In this document: positions 1-12,561 of the stretch, one piece after another
Layout: every line of letters begins with the position of its first letter
Position numbering within the stretch: position 1 is the first letter of the stretch
Assembly: GCA_050575255.1 (NCBI GenBank)
Contig: JBNZDD010013727.1
Location: 9,579,081 to 9,643,080, forward strand
Source of the DNA: Harriotta raleighana
Taxonomy: Eukaryota
Reading direction: 5' to 3'
DNA: 64,000 nt
Translations under genes and position numbers: made by a program
Notes under the pieces: generated by a model
Told to the model about the DNA's origin: nothing
What the model saw: the letters and a program-made list of their open reading frames with translations, nothing else
The model's database searches: none

Positions 1-1323
1 GGTTACAAATGGGAACTCAGGAATCTAAATTATTGCCTTCAAACTGATCAACCCCCTACGTTTTCGCTCCGAGATCCACCTCAGTCCTAATGCATTCTTT
101 ACAAATAATCCTCAGAGCCCAATATTTGGAAATACTTCCCCCACCCACCACATAGTTGTCTGATTCTTAGCCTAATTGTGAGACCTCTCAAGTATATTGG
201 AATCCTGTACTTGGGAAACCGTCAGTTGGTATTATTTGTGAGAGCAGAGCAATTTGAAGCAAGGACACACTCTATTTTCACACTGCTTTTAGTTACCATC
301 AGTGTGGTATTGTTACCACTTCTGTCTTTCCCAAGACACCATCTGGAAGGCACAAAGATCCAGTAACAAGCTTAATTCGCCAGATCGCCCACCCAGCTCC
401 GCATCCTCAAGCAGGGTTCCAATTGTTAAGTGAGCTCAACGCACTACAGCATCACTTGGCAATACATTAAGCAAGAGGGCCAAACCATCAGGTTAATTTC
501 TTTTGCTTAATGTGCTGCTAAGTGGTTACGAATTCCACTGAGGTTTCAAAAACTGTCAATTGTTACTTTAACCCGCAACAACACAAAATTACATTTATAG
601 AGCGCCTTTCACATCGCTTACGTCGACTAGCACATCACAGCACATAACCACTGGAGTATCAACAAAGCCTGTGGATTCCACTTATCATATAAACAAGTGC
701 CACAATCCAACAAACCTCAAAACTGGNTAATTCGCCAGATCGCCCACCCAGCTCCGCATCCTCCGATGGCTTCCTCACAATGAGGGCGGACAAGCTTCTG
801 CCCATTACACATCGCACTCACCATGACCAGTCACGCAGATGAACACATTTCCCGATGGGAAGTTTCCTATGGAATTGTTTGAATGCAGAAATGTTCCATA
901 ATCAAAGCTTTACCAAACATTTTAAAATCTAATGTGTTCTTTACAATCTGTTCCCAAACTCTGCTGATGGCCAACTAGATAAAGACTCACAAACCAGAAG
1001 GTCATCAATTGGAATCCTGGTCTCTAATGGTGTAATGGTTAGGATGCTACGATTACACTCAGAATCATAGGATTAAAGATGGGACAAAAATCAGTCAGGT
1101 ATCCTGCTCCTGACACTGCTGACAAAGTCATCCTGGAGACTGCAAGGAATTCAATGTGGTCAGAGTTACAAACTTCATTCTTCCCCCCCANTACGATTAC
1201 ACTCAGAATCATAGGATTAAAGATGGGACAAAAATCAGTCATGTATCCTGCTCCTGACACTGCTGACAAAGTCATCCTGGAGATTGCAAGGAATTCAATG
1301 TGGTCAGAGTTACAAACTTCATT

Positions 1324-1392
1324 CTCCCCCCGCGCCCCCTGGCCCCCACCGCCCCCCACCCACCACCCCCCCACACCCCCCCCACCCCCCAC
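1324..1392. repeat. C-rich low-complexity tract (G-runs on the minus strand)
   Basis: Multiple C4-C7 runs separated by 1-4 nt. Confidence 0.85.
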
Positions 1393-4327
1393 CTATGCCA
1401 TGTGCGTAGCTGCAACACTTACTGTCAAGACTCACACATGAATAATAATCATTTGGAGAAGGTCCCAGTGGACACCTGGCATGTGTGAAAATGCACCATA
1501 AAAAAATTCCTAAGTGTCACTGGCAGGAAACTTGGCAGGAAAATACATGCTCCTGTCGAAATTAATGAAGCCTCCAATTACATTAGCCACCAGCTCCCCA
1601 CCATAGGGGTCTTTGGCTAATTATAAGGAGTGGGAACCTTGTTTTATATTCCCATCTGTAATCCCATCACACAATGAGTCCAATCATAGCTTCCCAACAG
1701 CTATTCCAGATGGCATCAACTAGCTCACTACAGAGAAAAATTTAATCCTGTGACATAGTAAAATAAGAGGGTGGGAATCAGCACCGTTGAGCTATGCAGT
1801 ACACCCCTATGGAAATAGAGAGTGCTGAAATAAGACCAGATATTCTCATTCAATGATCAATAGCTGATCTGATACTGTTCAGTGCAAAGCTTGGAAGGTG
1901 GCAGATTCAATCTCCAGTGTGTGCTGATTCTTTGATATGGCTGTACAATTGGCGTCTCTGTTCCTTGGCTAGAGAGAGGAAAATCAGTTCCCTTTCCTGC
2001 TGTAAAGCATACGTTTGTGGACACCTAACAAGAACAGAATCAAACTTGGCTGAGATTCCTACCCAGTTAAATAACCCGTTGACACAATTAGTCTCCAATA
2101 AATATTATCACGTGGTGAAGTACTGCGGGGCTGCTGGTATCTAAGGCACGAGTCAGCGTTCTTGACCAAGTAAGGGAGTAAACAAAGAAATAATCTTGTC
2201 TTTACATCGTGCATCGCATTATCTAGTATACATTAAACTTTGTGTTCTACCTTATGCTAAAAAGATCAATGGGAAATTCCACTATAAACACAGTGAAGAG
2301 ATAACTGCAGTTATTTGAGGTGATCAGTATGTATGACAAATATATTTTTACCAGCATATTAGGATTTTACCCAATTTGCCTTATCTGTGGATCTTACAGT
2401 TTATGAATTTTTAAAATTATTTTTAGCTCATAATTTTTGTGTTCATCAGTCAATGAGTTTTGGAACTGAAACAGCTCTTGTTGGCAAAAGAATAGCCTAA
2501 AAAGTGCCTTGACTAGACTAATGACATAAGGTTCAATAGCGCTTTATATTCTGCTGGTTTTTTAAAATGGTGTAGATTTCTCTCCTTTTGGCTGATAAAA
2601 TTCCGCAAAAATTGTACAAAACTGTTAGAAGTTGCATCAGAGACTAAAAATTACATTTAAAATATAATGTTAGGGGACAAAAATGGCATCGGGCAAGCTG
2701 GACAAAGTCAATTACATTGACCTAGAGAGGTGTGCTATTGAAATTGATTGAATGTTCATTAAATTACACATGAAATGATACAAATACCCAGCAAAGTTGA
2801 ATTTATTTGTCAGTTTATAGTAGATGCATCCAACAGCTAATCAAATCAACGTTCAATACACCACATTTTCACCAATGGACAAACTACTACTGTACTTTCT
2901 GTTATTATTTATGGTTTTTGAGCACATTAAAGCCTGGCCTGGAGGATGTATCCACCTTTTGCCCTCTCTTTCTAGCACATCAGGCGTTCATAAGTCACAT
3001 GAGGAGCACTGCTGCCAGGTGCAGAATAACTCTCCCTGTTCTCTGCCTTGAAAAGTTATTTGAAGTACTGTCTTTACATATAATGACAAATGATGTACTT
3101 CATTCAGTTTGCTGCAAGGGTGGAAAAAATAACCAGACATGATTTCTGAAGCACTTCTAGTTGCAAAGGAAACGTCCTTCTGAACACCCTGTCTATTGTA
3201 GTGTTGCCAACAACTGCCTGCTGAGAGATCTATAGTGCAGAACAATCAATACTGTAATTGAGGGAGGAAATTACACTTGAATGAGTTCACTTCAAGGCAC
3301 AAGGAGTCAGGTCTGCAAGCCTTATAAGAAATCATCCAGATGCGAGATGAGATCCGTCAGATTTCAAAAGCTGCGAGTGCTCCTCCTTATTACTGTATTA
3401 AACAACTATATCCCATGCCAGTCCAGAGACAGCATATTTGCACACGGTAATATGAGCACAGCTCTGATGCATCAGGTTGGAAAAAAACATGGCCATCCTT
3501 GCAGAATTCCGAAAGGCAAATTGTGAGAATTGATCTTCTTCATATTGTGTGGGTAGCTGACAAATTTGTCATGGATTTTATAAGCTAAAAAATTTGCAAC
3601 AAAGTTCATATGAATAATAGTCTCCTACTTGGAGAGAAGGTTATTGGTATATTACTGTCCAATTTAGTTTCTGTAGTAAACTGGCAAGTGGTGTGCTCCT
3701 TGAGTACAAGACAGGAAACGTATGCTATGTTTAGTAGTCTTGGCATTTGTGGTCAACACAACAGTCTCTATTTATAATCATGTGTGGAATAAAAATCACT
3801 GTCACAAACCTTTACCCTCTCAACCATATGCGCATGCTGTGAGATTCCTACCATGTTTGAGATTCTTGACACTACAGACGAACTGGGCCACTGTTTGAAA
3901 TAAGTAGACTTCAGGCTTATGCACTAAAATCACGTTTCATTTTCATTCTGAGATGCAGCTTGTACTCGTGATTCTGACCACTTGGAGAATCACAAGATAC
4001 CAGTCTGAGCTCATAATCACCACCCTCAGGACACAACATTTCTTGCAGTTCCAGCTGCTGATTCTGATGCATAGCAACCAATACACAGCATCTTAGCACG
4101 TCACTTCAAATCGGTTGCTTATAGACTTCAAAGACTCCATATTTAACCCATGTATGTGCCCAATTAGCCATTCTAAGCCAAGGAAGAAGTTAACAATTAG
4201 CCTCAATGCCTCCGAGTTAGGCAAGAAAATATTTTCTGATGGAGAAAGCATAGATCAGACATGAACTGGATTGAGCAGCAAACAACATTCCCATGCAGGA
4301 GTAGCTCGACAACATTCACAACTCAGA

Positions 4328-4628
4328 TAATAATAATCTTTGCATTTGCTATAGAGCTTTTCACGTCTTATAGACATCCCAAAGCGCTTCACAGACTATA
4401 CTGTAAAATCAAATGACTGTATATTCGTGGATGAAACACGGCAGCCAATTGCGCACATCAGTGTCCCACAAAGTTGTGGATTGAAATGACCAATTTATTA
4501 TTGGGTTTTTTCTTGAGGGATTATTATCAGGTGTGTAGAGTAAGGAAACTTGTCCAAGGTTTCGCCATGCCGGGAATCGAACCCAGGTGTTTCACTTGTA
4601 AGATGAGTGGTCTAATCATGACTACAGA
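4328..4628 (-). mobile_element. tRNA-headed Deu-domain SINE with L2-type tail (short family)
   Basis: Reverse complement of the family seen at 34750 and 38371: B-box GGTTCGATTCC, core TGTGGGACACTG.TGTGCGCAATTGGCTGC and an (ATT)n tail. Confidence 0.85.
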
Positions 4629-5748
4629 AGAATAATAGTTATTTGGAGACCTGCCACATCCTGTTTTCAGACCTACTGCACAGTGTTGTTTTTTTCCCAT
4701 AAATGGTATCCCATGTTAAAATGGTTCTTTCAGTAGGGTTTGTATAATTCCCACATAGGGAAGGGCCCTTATTCTGCTGATTCACTCTGACTCAATGCAA
4801 GCAAAGGGCAGTCCCATAGCAGTATTATTTTTCTGGTCTGATACAGCTGAGAGAGCCCTAATTATAAGATATTCTTAATAAACTAGAGAATTTTCAAAGC
4901 AAGGCATAATAATTTAAAACTTTCTTTGTAGGCAGCACAGTGGTCTGTCGCAAATAAGCCAACTCCTGCTCTTTGTATTTGATTCAGTGGCGCCTTATCA
5001 CTGTAAAGTGCTTCACATAAAAAGTTATTTGGAAAGATAGTGGCCATTTGTTATCCTTCAGACAAGACACTAAACCAAGGTCCTGCTGCCTATCCAGGTG
5101 GACATCGAAGATCCCAATGCATTATTAAAAAAGAGAAAGGGAGTTTCTCAGTGTACCCTGGTCAACAATCCAGTAAATAAATGGTCATTTACTTTATGGC
5201 TGTTTGTGGGACAATACTGTGCACAAATTGGATGCAGGTTTGCATGCAAAATATGCAGTCACCATACTTTACACAAATTTCTGTGAAAATCTTTAAGTTG
5301 TCCTCCTGAGATGAAAGACATTCTACCAAATACACAGATAATTATATTACTATAATATATTAGCCAAAGAATGGTGCATGCAACAAAGTAATAATCCATT
5401 AACATTGTACTGAAGTGAAGTGTTACCATAAATTTTGAGCTCAAATCTTAGGGTTGGGTTCAAACCACAAGTAATGAGCCCAGAGGCGAGAATGCTATCA
5501 ACCATAACAACAGAACCATATGGCAAGTCATGGGTTTTGCACCTGCAATTTCTCAGTCAGCAAGTTTCTACTCTGAACTTTGGCATTAGTTGGAGATGAC
5601 GGGAAGAAATTGGGCATCCCTACAGAGGACAGCAGACTCAAAAACAGTTTCAATATTTGTCCTATTGCCAGTAAAATCTTGGGCAAGTTTCTTTCTCAAT
5701 TTCAGGTTAGTAAAGTGATTCATGTGGGCTTGGAAGAGATTTATTCCA

Positions 5749-6055
5749 GGAGTCATGTAGCTCAGTGGTTAGAGCACTTGCCTTAAAAGCAAGAGACCTG
5801 GGTTCAATTTCAGGCTGGGCGAAACCTTGGACAAGTTTCCTTACTCCAAACGCCTAATAACAATCCCTCAAAAAGAAAATAAACTGGTCATTTCAATCCA
5901 CAACTGTTTGTGGGACACTGCTGTGCGCAATTGGCTGCTGCATTTCGTCCACAAATATACAGTCAATTCACTTTACAGTATATTCTGTGAAGCACTTTGA
6001 GACATCTAGAAGACATTAAAAATGCTATATCAAATGCAAGGATTATTATTATTAT
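5749..6055 (+). mobile_element. tRNA-headed Deu-domain SINE, full length
   Basis: A-box TAGCTCAGTGG, B-box-like GGTTCAATT, Deu core TGTTTGTGGGACACTGCTGTGCGCAATTGGCTGC and tail GCTATATCAAATGCAAGG(ATT)n. Confidence 0.9.
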
Positions 6056-7544
6056 AATTTACAATATATTAAATGCTTCTATCTCTATAGAACATGTGCC
6101 AACTTTCCCCAGCAAAATGAATGCCTAGCAAACTCAAGACATTCAATCATTTCTCCAATTTCTACACATGACACAATAATTCATAGCGCAGTAAATGAGT
6201 TCTCAGAGTTAACTCCCATTTAGTTGTCATCATTTACAGTACAAGGTCATAGCTTTGTACTTGCTGGAGCAGCTGTGACTATAGCAGGTAACAAACATTC
6301 TCCAATCCCACGACCACCACTGAGATGACGAAACTAACAAATTAATTTACACTGAGCTGCTCTGTAATCCACTGCACTAGTTGGGACATCTTCCTGACAT
6401 GAAAGGATCTCTAGAAATGTAATTTTGTTGTACACCAGGGGTGTGAAACATGCAGCCACTGACAGCCCTGGGACTCCCAGGTCAGGTGCCATGAGATTCA
6501 TTTGAGCCAGCACATGGAAAGGCATTGATTTGAGAGTCTGGGATTGGAGGGAGTCCAGAGACTCTCCATCCCTCATGCAGGAGCTGGCTAGAGATTTGAG
6601 CCGCCACACAGGATGAGACTCGGTGACGTTTCCAGACCAAGGCTCGAGGGTCTGCTGTTGTCCCGATTCCAGTCTCCAGGCATCCGATTTGAAAGAGCTC
6701 TTAGGGTTGACCCACCCACACGATTTGAAAAACTTTCTGTAAAGAGGTTTGATCCTAACCTGGGGTATATTAATAGACGCGCAGAAGCTCAATGTGACTT
6801 GGTGTGGGGCCCACGGTTAGAATCTCGTCAGCATATCAACGGAAAAGTAGCCCAGCCTCGGAAGGGCCTAGTGCAGTCCAATTTAACTTGAATTAAGGAG
6901 CTACACACATCCACAGCCTGGTTCCTGCTGCTCATCCTCTGCAGCCCCAGCTTCCAGCATTCCTCTTGAGTAAAAACCGTTTTTTATTTCTACATCCAAT
7001 AAAATATATCAAACACGACACCCAATCTTAGCAGAGCCTCAGGCCTAAATAATAATCCTCACATTGCACACTATGTTTCAAAGCATACCCTATAAAGTGT
7101 AATGACTGTATATTTTGTCTTGGGCCTAGTAACTGTTTTAAAATTTAAGATCATGCAGATTTTTTTTGTTAGAAAACCTTAGTTCCCCAGTGGCCAAAAA
7201 TCAGCATCCAAATTAAGACTTTCTTAAAATTCTAATTCTGTTTTCTAAAATTTCTAAAATTCTGCACAATACATTATTTTAATATTGGAGAAATCAGAGC
7301 ATTATTACTGCACTGTTTGTGTACTTTCTTGCAATTTCTACCCTCATCTTTAAAATACTTGTCCACAGCCTGGTTCAATGGTGACACACTCGCTTCTGAA
7401 GCCTATACTTCTTGGAAAGGCGTGGGTTCAAACCCCATGTCAGGACTTGGGATCACATAGTCTAAGAATTGACGCATTAATTTTGCTGGAGAAAGTTGGC
7501 ACATGTTTTATATAGATAGAAGAAGCATTTAATATATTGTAAAT

Positions 7545-7828
7545 TGCATTTGATATAGTGTTTTTCATGTCTTCTAGATGTCTCAAAGCGCTTCACAGAA
7601 TATACAGTAAAGTGAATTGACTTTGTGGGTGAAACACAGCAGCCAATTGTGCACAGCAGTGTCCCACAAACAGTCGTAGAGTGAAATGACCAATTTATTA
7701 TTTTGGGGGGTGATTATTATCAAGTGTATGGGGTAAGGAAACTTACCCAAGGTTTCGCCCTGCCGGGAATCAAAGCCAGGTCTCTCACTTGTAAGGCGGG
7801 TGCTTTAACCACTGAGCTACAGGGCTCC
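7545..7828 (-). mobile_element. tRNA-headed Deu-domain SINE inserted in an older plus-strand SINE (about 7365-8020)
   Basis: Family motifs on the minus strand. An older SINE head lies at about 7365-7470 and its Deu core/tail at about 7838-8020. Confidence 0.85.
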
Positions 7829-10800
7829 ACTGAAAATAATATTGGTCGCTCACTTCATGGCTATTTGGGAACATTGCTGTGTTCAACTGGCTGCTGCATT
7901 TCCCTCACAAAATTACTTAGTCAATCCACTTTCCAGTATATTCTATGAACTGCTTTCACATGTCTCAGTGACGTGAAAGATAATACAGTATATCAAATGC
8001 AAGTAATTATTATTATTATTATACATACTACCTCTTCGGACCAATAGCAGAATATGCCTACTCTTCTAAAGCGCAACATTTTGTAACCTTGAATTTCCCA
8101 TAAGCAAACAAATGTCCATCAATTTGTCTCGGACACCCTTTAGTGAGAATGGCATCATCACACGTCAATGGTAAATGAATGATCAATCTCCCTTTAGCCA
8201 TTAGCATTCCATTCACACTCATTGCTTGCTCAAGAACGGACCCTAACCTAACCCTGAACATAATCACCACACACATTAACAGACATCCAGTACTTGTCTG
8301 CCACATCATTATACAATAGTTCGACCTCAAATGCGGCAGTGTCTACTGTAAGGAAGGAGTACAGCACTAACTTCCTCAACCTCACTGAAATCAGTGATCA
8401 ACGACACAACAAATAGTTTATAACCCCCTTACATTTGATATAGCACATCAAAATATCCAAAAGCATTTCATACATATCTAATGGCAAGTGCAGTAACTGT
8501 GTATTTGTACCTAAACAGCAGCAGCCAATTTGCACACATCGGGTGCCCCAAGCAGTCTTAAATTGATTGACTAATGATTATACCAAGAGAATCTTACATT
8601 TCTTTCATATAATGTTATAGGATCTTTAACAACCAGCAGAAGACGGCTGTAACATCTCATCTGAAGGATGATACCTTGAACAATGGAGGGCTCCCTTAGT
8701 ACTGCATTCACACGTCTGCCACGATAACAAGCTCAAATCCCAACCTAATTGAATGGTTGAATATAAATGTTTCTGACTTTGTGGTGAGAAAACTACTAAC
8801 AAAGTCAGGTGGTGTTTTGATGCAGAGGAAGAACCAAATGCAGTTGATGATCTAAATAGTATATATACCCTTGTGGAAGATAAACATTCATTTAAAAAAA
8901 ATAGGAGATATAGATGCACATCCTGAACAAGCAACACATGTTATTTTGACAAGATAACTTTCTAACACATAGAATGTTGTCTGTGACACAAATTGCATCC
9001 TGTGATTTCTTCCAATGACTATTAAAATGCTTTCCAAATGACTTTGAGGGTGACAATGCCCTTCTCACACAACTCTATGGAATTGAGAACAGTAGGTTTC
9101 ACCACAGGCCCAGGATGGTTGGGAGAGGAAATGGTCTAACTAAACAGAGTATGGTTGTAGAGGAAGGAAGTCTTTAAATGTAGGTATTTTATAATGTTGC
9201 TCCAATAAACACATGTTTTATAAGGTAGCACTGGATCTAGGAGTACTATATTTCAAAAGTAAACTATAGAGTGTTGAGATTTTTTATTAGCAAATTTGTG
9301 AATGAAATCTAAATCTTGAAGCCAGTTTTCAGTAAGTATATTTTAAGGAGAACCGACTTAAGAGTTAAGACAAATTGAATTCAATAATTTGCCAAATTCT
9401 GGGTGCTCTAAAATGTTATGTCAAAAGAGCAAATGTAAATCCAGGGGGAATTTGTACAAATTTATAATTGGACACTATTACACTGAAGGCCTAGTCAGTT
9501 GTAACAACTAATCTGTAGCTGCAATTCAGTGGCTTTAATTTTAAATGTTTAAATCCAATGCTGCACCAATGCACGGTCTCTGTTTACCAGAAAGTTGATA
9601 ATTATTGTAAATTGTTGTTATTATTAAAAAAAACCTCAGGAATAAAACAGCCTTGCATCTGCCGTAGTACTGCAGTACAGTACTGTATATTGATATGAGC
9701 AGTTTTGGAATATTCCCAAAGATAAAGTTGAATAGACTCACTGCATTGAGAGGTTAGTGAGCTGCAAATACCTCAAATTGATTTGTAGCTTTTAAACATG
9801 ATGTCATTCAGATCTTTATGACTCTCGGGAATCAGCAAATCAATTGAAAGCTATTGCAGAGCGTCAGACTAATGTTGCTGAAACCCAATCTCTGGTAACT
9901 CCACGCAATCTAGAAAACCACCTGCCAAATAAGTATGAGCTCCTTATCAGGGAGATACCAAACACTGTCTATCCCACATGCAGTACTTCCATTTCTGACA
10001 CAAACTGGGCGCTGCCAAGACAACGTAGCCCAAATCTCACATCTTAAGTGCAGCTTTCTTTTCATAGTTGGGTAGAGGGTATGATAATTCCATTCTTATC
10101 TAAGGGGAATTTGAAGTTTATTTTTAAATACATTCTTAGGATTTGAACAACAATGTGATTTCAGTAAGGTTGAGGAAGGTGTGCAATACTCCATCCTTAT
10201 TCACAGTAGAGACACTGCTACAATTGAGGTAGAAACTAAATGACGTGAAAAATGCATTTCCTTTGTAGCCTTTGAGAAGCTTAGTTTGATTTAATGTTAA
10301 GGTCTTTGGGATATTCTCCCGATGTGAAAGGCATTGTAAAATATAATTTTACAATTGATTATCATAGTGCAATTTAAACTACAATTTGCACAAGCCACTG
10401 TATATTAATATACAATTATTTTGTCTTTCACTGCCTGGCAATACTTAGCTCCTGTTCCATTTGTCTCTTCTACTCTGTTCCCTGCTCAGCACACAAATCG
10501 CTTTGGGGTTTTTGTGCTCTCACATGTAGGATTCCAATATTGTACAATTAAGTTTTTAAGTTAGCACTTGTAATTCCCACCTTAACAGGCTGTGGATGGC
10601 ATGTTGGTAGAATTCGGCAAGCATTTAGAATAAAAACTCAATAATCTAGAGAACCGTTCCATTATAAAAGAAAGCCAAGATTCATCTATATATTAATATG
10701 GCAAGTATTATTGAATGTAATTGTGAAAACAGCAATGAAAATCTTTATCGTTATTTGTAAGGTGTTTCTCCCCCTATTTGGTCCTACAGTACGACATGCC

Positions 10801-11799
10801 ACAGTAATAATCTTACCGTTGACTTGATCTGCCCTCAAGGCACTCCCACATTACCTGAAGTGAAACACTGGTGGGAAAGATCAGGAAATCAACATTTTGT
10901 GTTAAACTTTATGGAGAACCCAAATACTATTACAACGTTTGGCATATAGCAGCAGACATTGGCCATGACGGTGCCACTGGCTGCCAATGTGATCCATCAC
11001 TTTATATATTTACAATTATTTTCAAAAAGCCTGAGCGATAACTGAGAGGTTGCCTCCGTAGTGTCTGGGAAGAACGTAAACGATAACTGTAATTCATCTC
11101 AGCATGTTCCACAACCAAATCGATAACACCAACAAAACGAGATAGATTGCCATACTCATCTGACATTACATTGCCTTCACATTGGATAAATGACTATTTC
11201 TTGAGGACTGTAAATGTCTTGAAACAATATGTATTCTACTCAATTATGGAACTGTATGTCATAGAAAATGAGAATGTTGTACAGGCCCACATTATTTAAC
11301 CTCTCTGCAATATTGTTCTACATTACTACTCATGTAGATGGTATCAGGATAGCCTAGCTTCAAGATTACTTTATACCTGTTTATAGGTATAAAAAATGTT
11401 GGGCTTGACTTCAAAACTAATATCCATTTATTCAGGTCATTTATTCCTTCTATGCTTCTCTTCACTAAAAAAGAATTTATCTGACCATCTTGCCACAAAG
11501 TAGATTTGTGTCTGTATTTGTAAATTAGAAGGGATGGTTCTCTGCTGGACATTCAATTCATTGATCTTGGTGAGTGATCATGCAACCTTTCTTATTAATC
11601 GCTTATCGGTACATTTAGCGACCTTCAGCATCTACTGGGAAAATACCATAAGCTATTACCTTCATCACCTTGGGATGTTCTCCCGACATGAAAGGCGCTT
11701 TACAAATGTGATTTTGTTGTTGTTGTAATTACTGCTGGTGCCCCAATCACTGTACATTACTGCAAACAGGACTGACATGCAAGGCAATTAGAAACAAAA

Positions 11800-11896
11800 A
11801 CAGAAATCGCCATGAGCACTCAGTAGGTCAGGCAACATTTATGGAGAAAGGAAAGTGAGTCAAAGTTTCAGGTCTATGACCCTTCGTCAGAACTCA
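11800..11896 (-). mobile_element. Penelope-like terminal-repeat fragment containing a minimal hammerhead ribozyme motif
   Basis: The minus strand reads TGAGTT-CTGACGA-AGGGTCATAGACCT-GAAA-CTTT-GACTCA followed by CTTTCTCCATAAATGTTGCCTGACCTACTGAGT, resembling the recalled shark Penelope-type repeat end. Confidence 0.6.
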
Positions 11897-12561
11897 AGGC
11901 AAAGCAATTTGTTGTGCTACTAAACACACCTAATTAATACATATTCTGTGTCAGCCACAGAATGATTGCAAATATATTTAATCATTTGTATATTCATTTA
12001 GACTTTGAAGATCCCATAATACTTTTTCTAACCATTAATCCTCGGGTAAATTGATCATTCACTGCATGGCTGTTTGTGGGACATTGCTATGCACAAACTG
12101 GATGCCACATTCACTTACAAACAATCACTACATGTATATCCTGTGAAGCACTCTAAGACATTTCAACAACATGATAAGAAGCTTTTATACATACAAGGAT
12201 TATTGTTATCATTAGTCCCTATTCAGCCAAAAGAGCTTCCATTCAAGCAACTAGATTTTCTTTTCTAATACTGTATAGGGAACAAAATTTATTTTAATGA
12301 AAAAAGGATGAGTAACACCAGTTCTTGACCTTGTCCTTGCTGAATAAACACAACTCCATAGAGTTTTCACCAACAAATACTACAATTAGCATTGGAAGGA
12401 ACTACCTCTTCGACTGTGCCATCAGCATCCTCCACCTTCCTCCTCACAACCTGGCCCCATCCCACCCCTGCTTCCCTTCCCCCAATCCTACTCTATTTCT
12501 ATCACAGCCTCTATAAATCACTCCCAAGATATCATTAGAAGTGAAGGGCACCACATCAATA

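Noticed and set aside
375-1330. Direct repeats 375-407/728-763 and 1048-1190/1192-1330, with ORFs containing duplicated peptides
   Set aside because: Each second copy starts right after a single N, so these are scaffolding or haplotype overlaps. The same holds at 12959, 20422, 26908, 27696-28162, 31977, 44005 and 56876.
6334-6960. GC-richer segment with overlapping 152-aa and 92-aa ORFs and a CAGGGGTGTGAAAC hAT-like end
   Set aside because: I found no matching right TIR or TSD and no recognisable protein. It is probably a decayed repeat that cannot be classified by eye.
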